Shown: positions 1 through 10,158 of the stretch, piece after piece
How the letters are laid out: each line of letters opens with the position of its first letter
Position numbering within the stretch: position 1 is the stretch's first letter
From: a virus
Length of the DNA: 64,000 bases
Direction: 5' to 3' (one strand)
Virus record (IMG/VR): IMGVR_UViG_2846363972_000001
Coordinates: 4,643 to 68,642 of that record
The notes under the pieces: generated by a model
The model's input: the letters and a program-made list of their open reading frames with translations, nothing else
Databases searched by the model: none
Told to the model about the DNA's origin: nothing
Made by a program: the position numbers and the translations under genes

Positions 1-117
1 CTCCTCAATAACGGTAAAATCCTGCTTAGAGATTTCAATGGCTCGCTTAACGACCTTAACCAGATTGGCATCAACGTCGCGTAAATTGTTCAGAGAACGA
101 TTGCCTAATTTGTACAT
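1..117 (-). CDS. Endolysin N-terminus, M15 peptidase (T5 Lys-like), partial
   Basis: Hand translation MYKLGNRSLNNLRDVDANLVKVVKRAIEISKQDFTVIEE; lies downstream of holin pair. Confidence 0.8.
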   Translation of the reverse strand, partial: MYKLGNRSLNNLRDVDANLVKVVKRAIEISKQDFTVIEE

Positions 118-307
118 ATCAAACCTTTCATAAATAAAAAAAGCAGTCAGAACGGCTGCTATGTATAGACTATTTACATTTATTAATGTATTATTAAATT
201 TAATCCCCTTTAATTAATTTAAAGCCCTCAAAAACTCCTCCGTCTTGAGGGTATTTTTTTGCCATAAAAAAAGCTGCCTACTGGCAGCTTATTCAATTCC
301 CAAAAAC

Positions 308-520
308 TCACTTAGTCCATTTAATATCAAGCTTACGCTTATTTTCGGCGCAATCTTTTAAATACATATTCATTAAAACCTGATACGGTAATCCGGTTTC
401 ATCAGCCATATCTTTGAAATAAGTAATACTATCTTCATCAATCCGAATAGTGATTGTTTTCTTTAACTGTCCGGAATACGGATTGCGTTTTGCTTGACTA
501 AAATCGTACTCTTTTTTCAT
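308..520 (-). CDS. brnA: BrnA-type antitoxin (RHH)
   Basis: KEYDFS...KKTITIRID...YQVLMNMYL motif; overlaps the toxin gene by 4 nt. Confidence 0.88.
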   Translation of the reverse strand: MKKEYDFSQAKRNPYSGQLKKTITIRIDEDSITYFKDMADETGLPYQVLMNMYLKDCAENKRKLDIKWTK

Positions 521-798
521 AAATGTGCCTCGTATTGTTTGCGTTCTTGCTTGGTAGCAGTCCTTGCAGAAATCAAACGGATTGTATCGCCTCTTTCACA
601 ATGAATAACCACTAATATGCGTAAATTCTCACTCATCCCTAGCAATATGAAACGGTCTTCATCTTCGGAATGATCTGGATCATTAATTATCAAGGCATTT
701 TCGTCCCAAAATACTGTAACAGCTTCATCAAATGATACACCGTGCTTTTTGATATTGCTTGCTGCTTTTCCCTGATTCCATTCAAAGCCATTAATCAT
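517..798 (-). CDS. brnT: BrnT-type RNase toxin
   Basis: FEWNQGKAASNIKKHGVSF...EDRF...RLISARTAT..ERKQY motifs. Confidence 0.92.
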   Translation of the reverse strand: MINGFEWNQGKAASNIKKHGVSFDEAVTVFWDENALIINDPDHSEDEDRFILLGMSENLRILVVIHCERGDTIRLISARTATKQERKQYEAHL

Positions 799-989
799 TC
801 TATCCCCTTAGTTGTAAATATATTATATTTATATTTTAAATATATAACAAGTAGTTAATTTTCATATAGATGATTTTTTCATATCATCTATAGTTACAAC
901 TGTATCAATGGCACCAGCGCTCCAAATAAAAAAGCCGGCATTTAGCTGGCTTAAATCAGTTAAATAATCAAAAAACTACAATCAAATCA

Positions 990-1307
990 CTATTTCTGCT
1001 TATCATCTGTATCACCGATTATCTTTTCTGCCCTGTTACACACAGCATTAATCAGTTTTTTAGCCAGCTTTGGCGCAGTTGCTTTGTTAGAAGCCATTCC
1101 GGCAAACACACCGGCACCGGCAAACAGCCACGGGTGATCCTGTGTAAAGAAATACTCTGTTACTGCGGCTGAAAAAACCATGCCTATAATGATGAATGTC
1201 ACAGTGAGCATGACGCCATAGCGTCGGTAATCAGACACTACCAGCGAGCCCAGAAAGCCACCGGCAAGGGCAAAATAAGTCGCCAGTGTAAATGCTTCAT
1301 TCATCAT
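990..1307 (-). CDS. Putative holin / lysis membrane protein
   Basis: Three hydrophobic segments, position in lysis cassette, near-identical to 46203-46535 except an 18-nt in-frame deletion. Confidence 0.65.
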   Translation of the reverse strand: MMNEAFTLATYFALAGGFLGSLVVSDYRRYGVMLTVTFIIIGMVFSAAVTEYFFTQDHPWLFAGAGVFAGMASNKATAPKLAKKLINAVCNRAEKIIGDTDDKQK

Positions 1308-1780
1308 TCACCGCCTTTTTTATCTTCTGCCTGTTGCGTGTTTTTAATCAGATTCCTGCCGGCCAGTGCGCATATGATGGCAATCAGCGGATAAGTGGTC
1401 ATGCCTGTGGACAGTGGCGGATAGGCGGCGATAAACGTTCCGGATATCACAAACCAGATCAGTGCCGACCACAATAGGCAACAACCGGAAAGAATATTGC
1501 TGCGGCTGGAATGACAAAAGGCAGTAAATAGCTGCCCGATGGCAACCATAATTAAAATGGTCACAAACACCTTAGGGTATAAATGCGGGAATTTGCCGTA
1601 TAAATCCTCCTTAATTATCTCGTCACCATGCAGGCCGAACACAAGCGCAAAACCCAGCATAGCGAATCCGTTCAGTACTTCGATTATTCGCGTACCGGTA
1701 CCGAACAGCCAGTTTTGCAGTCTGTCCGGTAAAAACCGGAAGTCCAGTAACCAGTAAAACCATTTAATCACTTTTGTCAT
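1304..1780 (-). CDS. Putative holin/antiholin membrane protein
   Basis: Four TM segments; near-identical to 46535-47011. Confidence 0.6.
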   Translation of the reverse strand: MTKVIKWFYWLLDFRFLPDRLQNWLFGTGTRIIEVLNGFAMLGFALVFGLHGDEIIKEDLYGKFPHLYPKVFVTILIMVAIGQLFTAFCHSSRSNILSGCCLLWSALIWFVISGTFIAAYPPLSTGMTTYPLIAIICALAGRNLIKNTQQAEDKKGGE

Positions 1781-1825
1781 GACATATTTACTCCATAAAA
1801 AAAACCGCTTTTCAGCGGTTATCAG

Positions 1826-2467
1826 TTAATAGTTGCTTTTAGCTTCTTCCCATAGCCGGAACAGCCTGTCCTGATCAATATCCAAGGTATCAGTAAAAAA
1901 CTGCCAGATATCATCATTTTCCAGTGTGAATGTCTGTGCTTCCATGATGGCATTACGCACTTTAATCAGATGAATACCAGTTAATTCTCGCTCAGCGATT
2001 TCCACCAGTTTTTCCTTATTTTTCCCGTACTCCAGCTCAATCTGAGTTAATATCTGGCTGCGATTCAGCATACCGGCATTTTTTCTTTTATCGAGCTGAC
2101 GCAATTCATCGGCATTAGACACTTCTATCCATGTTTCTGCCTTTTCTAACCATTCGCTATAGGGTAATGGCGCCTGCGTTGTTACATCATCCGGTAGCAC
2201 TCCCAGTTCAGATATGCGAATGCGTTCGCCGGTTTGTTTGCTGTAAACGGTTTCGCCGCGATGATCTTCAATATATTTCCAGACGTTGCCCAACCATTGC
2301 GGAATATAGCCTGCTTTTAATTCAGGCTCATCAGCGATGATGCACAGCCAAGGTATCAGGTAATTACCATCCGTGTTAAGAGGGTCTAAATCCGCTATGG
2401 TCATACCGATAAAATAGTTATTTTCGTCCAGCTGGCAGACGGGAATAGTTGGTGAATATTCTTTCAT
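1826..2467 (-). CDS. Tail fibre assembly chaperone-like protein
   Basis: VCQLDENNYFIG..AD.DP...WKYIEDHRGETVYS motifs; directly after tail fibre. Confidence 0.75.
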   Translation of the reverse strand: MKEYSPTIPVCQLDENNYFIGMTIADLDPLNTDGNYLIPWLCIIADEPELKAGYIPQWLGNVWKYIEDHRGETVYSKQTGERIRISELGVLPDDVTTQAPLPYSEWLEKAETWIEVSNADELRQLDKRKNAGMLNRSQILTQIELEYGKNKEKLVEIAERELTGIHLIKVRNAIMEAQTFTLENDDIWQFFTDTLDIDQDRLFRLWEEAKSNY

Positions 2468-2477
2468 TCATTACTCC

Positions 2478-3547
2478 TTAAATTTTAATACAGGCAAGCA
2501 GTGCAACATTGCGTGGTCGTGTTTCTGCTGATGTTCTTGCTACTTCCGCATTGTCAAATTTAACTTTAAAGTTTAGTGTTAATGGTGTGACCGTTCCGAT
2601 TTTTGCTGTACTCACATTCTCTCTGCTAAAAACACCATTGGAATAATCCTTACCCACGAAAGTGATATCACCAATTTCACCAGTCATACGCTGTACTGTA
2701 TCTGACTGGGTGGTACCCAACTGCCTGCCATCATCAACGCCTCTACCCTCATCATATGCGCATAAAAACTCACCTCTTAAATCCGGCAGGTTAAAGGTAG
2801 TTTTCCCGTCCCCTGCACCGAAGCGTGTACCAATAGCCGCATACAGACTGGCATATGATATGCGTGATACTGCTGCGCCATTAGCCTTTAACCAGCCGAC
2901 AGGTGCGGTATCCATAGCGAAAAACTGCACAGCTCCGGCAGGCGTGGCATTAATATCTTTGCTACCGTCAAACGGTATGCCATTAATACAGACTGCATTC
3001 TGTAGCCTTGTGGCAGTTGCGGCATTGCCTGTTGTATCTTGGTTACCTCTGGTATTCACGCCGGGCAGATCTATGTCCTGCGTACCGTCAAAGAAAACCC
3101 CGCCAATATTGCGTCCTTCAAATAATTTTGAGGCTGAAACAGCGTTAAGCCCTATGCCGGCAATAACCTCCCAGTATTGGGGATTCTGATTAGGGTTGTT
3201 GGTGTTCTTATCTGCAACTGAGATAAATACTTTCGTACCATCATCAGCCAGCAATATCGCACCTTTCTGATACCCGCCAAAAGCATCGCAATAGGCTTAT
3301 CAAAATAGAACAGATTGCCTTTCTGCATATGTACAATAGTGGCGGATAAAGCGTTAAGGATACCGTTAAAGTCCATCCCCTTTGGAGGCAAGCCGCCCGA
3401 TTCTATCGGCTGCATGGTTACGTTCGGGAAACCGTCGCTCCATGTTGCATCCTCTGGATCTTGCCCAGTCTGCCTTGTGTTTTGAATATTGTTTTTACTG
3501 CCGTTAGCCGCAAACGCCTGCGGGATTAATACTGGATTTTTACTCAT
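2478..3547 (-). pseudogene. Tail fibre with collar domain, split by a 1-nt deletion near 3295
   Basis: ORF 3152-3547 (fibre N-terminus) continues in another frame as YCDAFGGYQKGAILLADD into 2478-3254 (P.GW.KANGAAVSR, FNLPDLRGEF collar motifs). Confidence 0.85.
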
Positions 3548-4176
3548 GCGAAACTTCCTTGGTTAAATGGTTGAAAACCTGTTCCGGAAAAACCAAAAAT
3601 CCCCGCGGGCGGGGATTCACGATAATCAATTAAAACGCCAGACGGGCGCGGTAATAATTGCAGGTTATAGATAATATGCCTTTCAAATTTATTGGGTATG
3701 AATTCAAAAAAATACCGCCCTTTCATGTGGCCGGTAATTAAAAAATACACGCGCTTTTCCGGAAATATCATACGCAGGTATTTATTAATATTCGGTGCCG
3801 TTGCATGAAGAATATTGGCTGCCGCCTTAATCATAATAAGCAGGCGGAAACGCTCATCCGATAATTTATAAGCAGCAAACCGCGCTCCGGAGGCACTGAA
3901 CGGCTGGTTATTAAACGGTGTAAAAGCCTGCGGAGTGGTTTTAAAGCCGAAAGTATCAATATCATCAGGCGGAATACTGATATTACGATTCACCCCTACA
4001 ATCCGCCCCCAGATATCCAGCCCGAAACTCTGTGCAGTTTTCACATTGAAAGCCAGCCGGTAAAAATCATCAATTGATCCGGCAGGGTCTATGCATTCGT
4101 TCATGCTTTCAATCAGATTGCAGATAACCGGACTGTTTGCATACTGTGACATTAAAGTGTCTTGAATATTTTTCAT
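3544..4176 (-). CDS. Baseplate protein, DUF2612-like
   Basis: SQYANSP, GLDIWGRIVG, LPRPSGV motifs. Confidence 0.8.
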   Translation of the reverse strand: MKNIQDTLMSQYANSPVICNLIESMNECIDPAGSIDDFYRLAFNVKTAQSFGLDIWGRIVGVNRNISIPPDDIDTFGFKTTPQAFTPFNNQPFSASGARFAAYKLSDERFRLLIMIKAAANILHATAPNINKYLRMIFPEKRVYFLITGHMKGRYFFEFIPNKFERHIIYNLQLLPRPSGVLIDYRESPPAGIFGFSGTGFQPFNQGSFA

Positions 4177-5369
4177 GATATTTTAATTTGATAAATTGAG
4201 GCTGTCGGGTATTCATCCACGCCGATTTCAAGCATGTCTGCCCATTTTTTACCGTCCTTACTCACCCGCAGGGACACTATACTTAAATGAGGAATGGCAG
4301 CAGCAACCGGACAGATAAATTTAGAAGCAATAACCGGCTGTCCGATTGCAGCCTTTGCGGGTCCGGTTGTAAAACCGGTAATAATGGCCGCTTTTACAGC
4401 CTCGCTATCCTGATATGACAGCAAATCAGGATCATCAACCATCACCTGAAAAAAAACCGGCACAAAAGCCGGTCGTAAAAATTTTACGGTGTATGTCGGC
4501 GGTCTGACGGGGAAATTTTCTGTATCCGCTATCACGCATTCTGTATTGCCATTAAAAGAACAGCCCGAACCGGCTTTATTCAAAATGGTACGGGCAATGG
4601 TTTCATCATCTCCGCCTACTACGGAAACCAGAATACTGTTACGGATAACCGGATAATTGGTGGCACCAACCTGTATAGTCTCATCTGTCGGGTTGTCGAT
4701 AACATACACATCTTTCACATCGGCTAAATCAGCCACTGCGCCATAAGTTGAGGCATTGGTATTTTTGCTGTTAATCGCTACCGATGCCCGCCGGCGTTTT
4801 TCAAAATCCAGACGACTTTCTTCTTCAATACCAGCAACGGCAGCATATGGGTTAGTTACCCGATCTAAGCCAATAATTGCTTTAGGAATGCCGGTAATCG
4901 TATCGGGCACGGCATTGATATTCCCGGCAGATACGCACTGCGCATGCGCGCTTACTTTACCGTCTTGAGTAATGGTTGCTTCGTTAGTTAACTGCCATTT
5001 ATTGCCGTTATCGTCGTTAAATACCGTACTGGCAGGAATAGTTACCCCGGCCAGCCCATTTAGCATCAGCATCACACTGGAATGCGTAGCCTGTTTGCGG
5101 GTCATAAAATAGATATAGCCTAACCCGTCCTGCCAGATACCCTGCGCATAACGCGGGTCGAACTGATTTAACAGGGTTATCATCTGATTGCGCTCATCGG
5201 TAATAATGGCTGCCAGAGAAGTTACTAACTGCCCTTGCGGTGTATTCATGGCTGTATTCAAGTCCTGTCCGAAAGCATTTCTGAACAGCTCCCATAAGCC
5301 ACTAATTATCTCATCTACAGACGGTGCAATAATCCCCTTATCAGTCACCTGTAATTGCGGAATGCTCAT
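4173..5369 (-). CDS. Baseplate J-like wedge protein
   Basis: TPQGQL, FDPRYAQGIWQD, EESRLDFEKRRR motifs. Confidence 0.88.
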   Translation of the reverse strand: MSIPQLQVTDKGIIAPSVDEIISGLWELFRNAFGQDLNTAMNTPQGQLVTSLAAIITDERNQMITLLNQFDPRYAQGIWQDGLGYIYFMTRKQATHSSVMLMLNGLAGVTIPASTVFNDDNGNKWQLTNEATITQDGKVSAHAQCVSAGNINAVPDTITGIPKAIIGLDRVTNPYAAVAGIEEESRLDFEKRRRASVAINSKNTNASTYGAVADLADVKDVYVIDNPTDETIQVGATNYPVIRNSILVSVVGGDDETIARTILNKAGSGCSFNGNTECVIADTENFPVRPPTYTVKFLRPAFVPVFFQVMVDDPDLLSYQDSEAVKAAIITGFTTGPAKAAIGQPVIASKFICPVAAAIPHLSIVSLRVSKDGKKWADMLEIGVDEYPTASIYQIKIS

Positions 5370-5618
5370 AAACCAATTACTCCCGTTTTATGATTGCTGT
5401 TAGTAAATTCAATTTGTCAGCGGATAACGTCCGTTGCCAAGAATGCGCGTTAAATACGGTATTCCCTCCTGCTGGTTAAAATACATATCTTCTTTCATGG
5501 TACGGCAGGCACTGGCAATGTCCTGCGCTTGCTGATAGGTGCTTTCAGCGACAGCAATGTTGCCCTCTGCATCAAGCGCCAAATCCCATGTATCAGGCAT
5601 TAAAAATAATGTTTTCAT
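5366..5618 (-). pseudogene. Baseplate wedge initiator with internal deletion
   Basis: TWDLALDAEGNIA N-terminus stops early at GRYPLTN; an out-of-frame tail ...QIEFTNSNHKTGVIGL* overlaps the baseplate J start. Confidence 0.6.
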
Positions 5619-6312
5619 GAATTGGGCTTCCCTGTATTGCCGTTGCCAGTAGTTACACCTTTGTGAGTGTGATCTTGCAGACTGACTGAACCGGCTTTAA
5701 TATCTCCATCGGCACTGATACCGCCGCCACCGGTAAACTGCGCTGTCTGTAAAGCATTAACTGCATAGCTGCCTGTCGTAGTAGTTACCGATGAAGCTTG
5801 CATGCTGATTGATGGTGCCTCCAGCGTGATACTGGTCGGTGAGTGAATCACTATGCCGCTGTCTGAAAAACTGATGTATTGCTGCGGTGTGCCGTTTAAA
5901 AATCCGCCGATATACAGCCCGTCATTCCAGTCATGCCGGGTGCGGATTCGGCTTTATTGCGCTTAACTGCGGATATGTCGCGTGAGGCAAAAGCACATAA
6001 ACCGATATCGCCTGCGACCGGATCACAGATAACAGCATTACTGCCGCCCTGTAAGCGGAAATAAGGAACGCTGAATATTCTGCCGGGTGAGTAGACATTG
6101 CCGGCACCGTCAAGCATCTGTACCAGTGGCTGTACGTTTACTTCACCCACCGGACTGACGCCGGTACCTGAAACCGCCAGCACTTTGACAAGGGTTACGG
6201 TCTGAACCCGCGATATCAGATTGGAAATAACTGCGTTAAATTCTGCTGCTCCGCCTAGTGAATGATTGATATTTAGGTTGTCCAGATTTTCATATTCTGC
6301 TGATTGCTGCAT
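5615..6312 (-). pseudogene. Baseplate spike (gp45/gpV-like) split near 5937
   Basis: After APG the alternate frame reads HDWNDGLYIGGFLNGTPQQYISF and joins the C-terminal ORF ending SLQDHTHKGV..GNGNTGKP. Confidence 0.8.
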
Positions 6313-7186
6313 CTTTGCTGTCTCTCCATATTGCGGCTATATCACAAAACCAGTTCCCGTCCGGCTGATTGGATTCAAGGCTTTTATGCATGCCGTATAT
6401 GCGCCATTCACCGTTACATACTTCAACCTGGCTGTCCTGTATCTTGCAGATACCGCCGAAACGCAATAACGGGTCGTACAGGCATTTAAAAGTTACGCCG
6501 CGTATATCGGGTACCGGATAGCTGATCAGTCCTGAGGTGGGCGTAATGACCGGAATTTTGATGTTGCGTGAACCGCCTTTCGGTGTAACCGCAATCAGGT
6601 TATTCTCAATGTACATATCAAACTCAAAATCATGTTCAAGCGTTTTAAGCTTATCCAGATTAGAGCCGTTTAAAGTCAGGTTTTTGGTGATTGCAGATAC
6701 GCCGTTATTTTCAAGCTGATAACCCATACTGTCACATATATCCTTGATTGCATCGGCAATATCCACCTCGCCTTCTTTTTCATACGGCGGCTGCGGTTTT
6801 TTGTACTCCAGCATGGCTGCCTGCGATTCAATAACCAGACAGACATCGGGAGCCACGGAAAAATCCATTGTCGCAAAAGTAATATTGCCCTCAAATTCAG
6901 TTATCAGCTGCTCACCCTCTTTTCCAACTTCAACTTTTACCCTGTTCATCAGTGCATCAAGCGTATTCCAGTGTACACGGAACAGTTTGGCCATTTTCTC
7001 CAGTGCCAGCCCGTAGATTCGTATTTGTGCTACCGGCATTACTGAGTCATAACCGAACATGATATTGCACATCACACGAAAGCCTGTTGCGCTGATCTGG
7101 TTATGATTGCCGGCAAAAACAATATGCTCACCCTGTTTGTCCTTGTCCCGCAGGGTAACGGTTACTTTTATCTGTTTACGTTTCAT
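6290..7186 (-). CDS. Baseplate hub protein
   Basis: Position and size; TFKCLYDPLLRFGG motif. Confidence 0.7.
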   Translation of the reverse strand: MKRKQIKVTVTLRDKDKQGEHIVFAGNHNQISATGFRVMCNIMFGYDSVMPVAQIRIYGLALEKMAKLFRVHWNTLDALMNRVKVEVGKEGEQLITEFEGNITFATMDFSVAPDVCLVIESQAAMLEYKKPQPPYEKEGEVDIADAIKDICDSMGYQLENNGVSAITKNLTLNGSNLDKLKTLEHDFEFDMYIENNLIAVTPKGGSRNIKIPVITPTSGLISYPVPDIRGVTFKCLYDPLLRFGGICKIQDSQVEVCNGEWRIYGMHKSLESNQPDGNWFCDIAAIWRDSKDAAISRI

Positions 7187-7454
7187 CGGTATATACCAAA
7201 AAAAACCGGCTATTTAAGCCGGTGTAAGTCGGGTTATCGCTGCCATGGGTATCTATAAATACAAGATTTTTGGTTATCGGCGTTCCGTTGAGACAGACGC
7301 GGTTTTGTACCTGTACGCCGTCTTTGTCGTTTTCTACGCTGGCAAAAAGCTGTCCCAGCCGTGTAAACAATCGGATATGCCAGCGACTGCCGTTAATCAC
7401 AAAAGAAATATTCTGATTAGGATTAGCATCCAGCGGTATGGTTACTGTTGTCAT
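7176..7454 (-). CDS. Small baseplate/tail protein
   Basis: Position; IPL..NPNQ, G...R..LVY pattern. Confidence 0.6.
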   Translation of the reverse strand: MTTVTIPLDANPNQNISFVINGSRWHIRLFTRLGQLFASVENDKDGVQVQNRVCLNGTPITKNLVFIDTHGSDNPTYTGLNSRFFLVYTDET

Positions 7455-8077
7455 TTAAACCACCCTTTAATAGCGTTTACTGCCTGAGATAACAAAGATT
7501 CCCCGGGTTTTTCGGGCTGTTTTTCTCCGCCGTCGCTTTCTTTTGCATCATCAGGATTTTTTACCTCTTCGGTATCGTATTTCACTACCACTTCGCGCAC
7601 TTCTTCTAGATGGAGATTTACTTTAATCAGTTGTGCACCGTCTGACGCTTCACGCGCAGTGTCGTAACCAACAATACAGGCGTTGGTATAAACATATTCA
7701 GGCGTAATGATGTAAAACAGCAATGTACTGGCTGCCAGTGTTTCAATCTGTCCGAGAAACACGCCGCGCATTAAGGTGCCTCCTGAGCCTTTGGTAAGCT
7801 GTACGGTGGCTTTATACGGATTAGCGACTTTGTTGTAACAGGCGAATGAGCCTTTTTCAACCGGTGCCTGTGCTATTTTGGCGGAATTACTGTATTTGAG
7901 AGAGGTGACGTTATCAGCCAGCAGAATAGGTATTCCGTACTCGTTAAACACGCCCCAGTAATTACCGAAAACGGCATTTATCAATGCCGCACCGCCCAGA
8001 CTGATCAGGGCATTAGTACCGGCAACATTCAAGCCTTTAAAGTTTGGTATGTTAGGAATACCTTCAATTGGCAGCAT
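7451..8077 (-). CDS. Tail/baseplate protein (tube initiator-like)
   Basis: APVEKGSFACYNKV motif; position downstream of TMP island. Confidence 0.6.
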   Translation of the reverse strand: MLPIEGIPNIPNFKGLNVAGTNALISLGGAALINAVFGNYWGVFNEYGIPILLADNVTSLKYSNSAKIAQAPVEKGSFACYNKVANPYKATVQLTKGSGGTLMRGVFLGQIETLAASTLLFYIITPEYVYTNACIVGYDTAREASDGAQLIKVNLHLEEVREVVVKYDTEEVKNPDDAKESDGGEKQPEKPGESLLSQAVNAIKGWFK

Positions 8078-8088
8078 AGTTTACTCCA

Positions 8089-8142
8089 ATAAAAAAAGCA
8101 GCCCGAAGGCTGCAATGGAAAAGCCAGCGCATGGCCGGCTTT
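8089..8142. terminator. Two adjacent hairpins (GCAGC-ccgaag-GCTGC and AGCCAGC..GCCGGCT)
   Basis: Inverted repeats with A/T tracts; about 50 bp nearly identical to 52935-52992. Confidence 0.7.
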
Positions 8143-8191
8143 GATTATTTATATTTACCTGAGGTAAATATAAAAATAAAAAAAATTTGCT

Positions 8192-9028
8192 TTAACTTAA
8201 GGCGAAACTTTCTATTTTAGCAATATCATCTTTATTAACTAATTCAATTCGTGCTTTTTTTGCATCTCTAGTTATTAGCTCAAAAGCTTTTTTTTGCCTT
8301 TCAGTTTGATCTTGAGCACTCTCAAAAGGAAACATTATTTTAGTATCCTCCTCAATAGAAGAAAAATCTCTCAATCTATTAATAACGGAAATCCATTTAT
8401 CTGATTTCTGTATAATCTCACTAGAATTATCCTGTCCAAGATATAATGGCTTGATAATTTTTCTGATTCTTTCCCCTTGTTTCTGAACCAATGGGAAATT
8501 TGCATAGTATTCATTATCATCACCTACTTTTACCTGAACAAAAGGAAATGGTGTCTGTATCTCCCGAATCATCTTTTGAATATTCTTTGTCAGAATCTCT
8601 TCACGCTGGTCTTTAGCAAAACTATGTTCCGCATAATAACTAAAAAGACGATCCAATTCTTTTTTTTCACTTTCCCCCGTTGTGACACCTATATCGCTTG
8701 TGCAAATAATTGCATCTCTGGGTCTGGCTAAATGATCTAACAATGCTCGAAAGAGTTCTGGGTCTCTGTTAGAACTTCTCTTTAAATTCTCTTTAATTCT
8801 CTCTAATTCATTAGAAAAAGAGTTCATTGCTTGTTTGAAGATTCTGGCATCGAAATATCTAAAAAATTTGCTTAAGCGCTGATATTTAAATTCTAAACTA
8901 TAATCAAAAAAACCCGTTTTCGGACAAATTAAAATAATTCCTACATTTGCAAATTCTCGGGTCTGAATATAAGGCATAAAGCGGACGACTGCAAAACGCA
9001 TTGCTAGCATATTCATGTCAGTCTCCAT
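8192..9028 (-). CDS. DUF3037-like protein
   Basis: RFAVVRFMPYIQTREFANVGIIL signature N-terminus. Confidence 0.85.
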   Translation of the reverse strand: METDMNMLAMRFAVVRFMPYIQTREFANVGIILICPKTGFFDYSLEFKYQRLSKFFRYFDARIFKQAMNSFSNELERIKENLKRSSNRDPELFRALLDHLARPRDAIICTSDIGVTTGESEKKELDRLFSYYAEHSFAKDQREEILTKNIQKMIREIQTPFPFVQVKVGDDNEYYANFPLVQKQGERIRKIIKPLYLGQDNSSEIIQKSDKWISVINRLRDFSSIEEDTKIMFPFESAQDQTERQKKAFELITRDAKKARIELVNKDDIAKIESFALS

Positions 9029-9737
9029 AATTGTCCATTATTTAATCTATTCAATGTATCAAAAGAAAATTGAAAATTATATTCTGCTTTCAAATCTCTT
9101 TCGTTATTCAACCATTCCCATTCAGGAGGTAAATTATTGCATGCATCATGATATGCAGGCAATGCAGGGTTTAGAAAATCAATTAGCTTAGATTGTAAAT
9201 CATAATCCGAAATTATATTTTGCATAGCATTTCTAAAGATATGATTTTCTAAAAATTCGCTACCAGTCAGCTTTGAATCAAAAGCTAAATTATGATCAAT
9301 AACCACTAATTCTTGACTTAATGGCTGAAAAAGTAGGTTTGAATTTCCTCGTGTTCGATCGCCATTTTTTATAAGCCAATCAAAAGCAACAATTTTTAGC
9401 TGAATACCAAAAGGGATTTTTTAATGTTTGCTTCTTCAAAAATAATTACATCATGCACAGTTTGCGAACCAAAACAACATCCTAATCCTATTTTTTTCTG
9501 TTTGTCTGATAATTCTTCAAAAAGATATGATGGCACATTTAACAAACTAAATTTTGCTATTGGTAGTTGAATAGCAGCGGCCATATTTGCACATAACCAC
9601 TCATTAATCTGACTAGCTCTAGTCGATCGTAAACCTTTTGCATAATATTCAGTGTCGTCTTCAGCTATACACCGGTACGGCTCAGACATCCCTTGATCAG
9701 AAATATCTGTAATAGTTTTTATTATCTTAGCAGACAA
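9013..9737 (-). pseudogene. HipA-like kinase, frameshifted in an A6 run at about 9416-9422
   Basis: QGMSEPYRC..YYAKG, INEW; one added A restores IPFGIQLKIVAFDWLIKNGDRTRGNSNLL...VVIDHNLAFD. Confidence 0.85.
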
Positions 9738-9861
9738 ATTCTAACCTCCGAGCCTTATTATTAAGCTTTACTGTAATTATATATTAAATTAACTAAGATT
9801 TCAGCTTATTGTAAAATCCATTTTTCAATATTGGAAACAAGCACATGGCTGGCTTGTTTTG

Positions 9862-10146
9862 TTAGATGGATAATGCTGTATTCAGTGGAACTACATCAGC
9901 ATGTGATTTCTGGCTAGCTTTCCATAAATCATAATTTACCTGCATATTGAGCCAGAATTGCGGGCTGGTATTCAATAAGATGGATAACCTTACTGCCATA
10001 TCCGCACTAATTCCGGTTTTCCCGTTAATGATTCTAGAAAGAGCCGCCCGCGTCACTCCTAAATGTTTAGCGGCTGTACTAATGCTGGTATCACCTAAAT
10101 ATTCTTTTAAAACTTCACCTGCATGGCAAGGGTTGTGCATACTCAT
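9862..10146 (-). CDS. higA: HigA antitoxin
   Basis: MHNPCHAGEVL, GISADMAVRL, FWLNMQ..YDL. Confidence 0.92.
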   Translation of the reverse strand: MSMHNPCHAGEVLKEYLGDTSISTAAKHLGVTRAALSRIINGKTGISADMAVRLSILLNTSPQFWLNMQVNYDLWKASQKSHADVVPLNTALSI

Positions 10147-10158
10147 ACGCTTAACCTC

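Noticed and set aside
2478-3547. Programmed frameshift, invertible fibre or diversity-generating retroelement
   Set aside because: No slippery heptamer at the break, no invertase, no reverse transcriptase and no template/variable repeat pair seen
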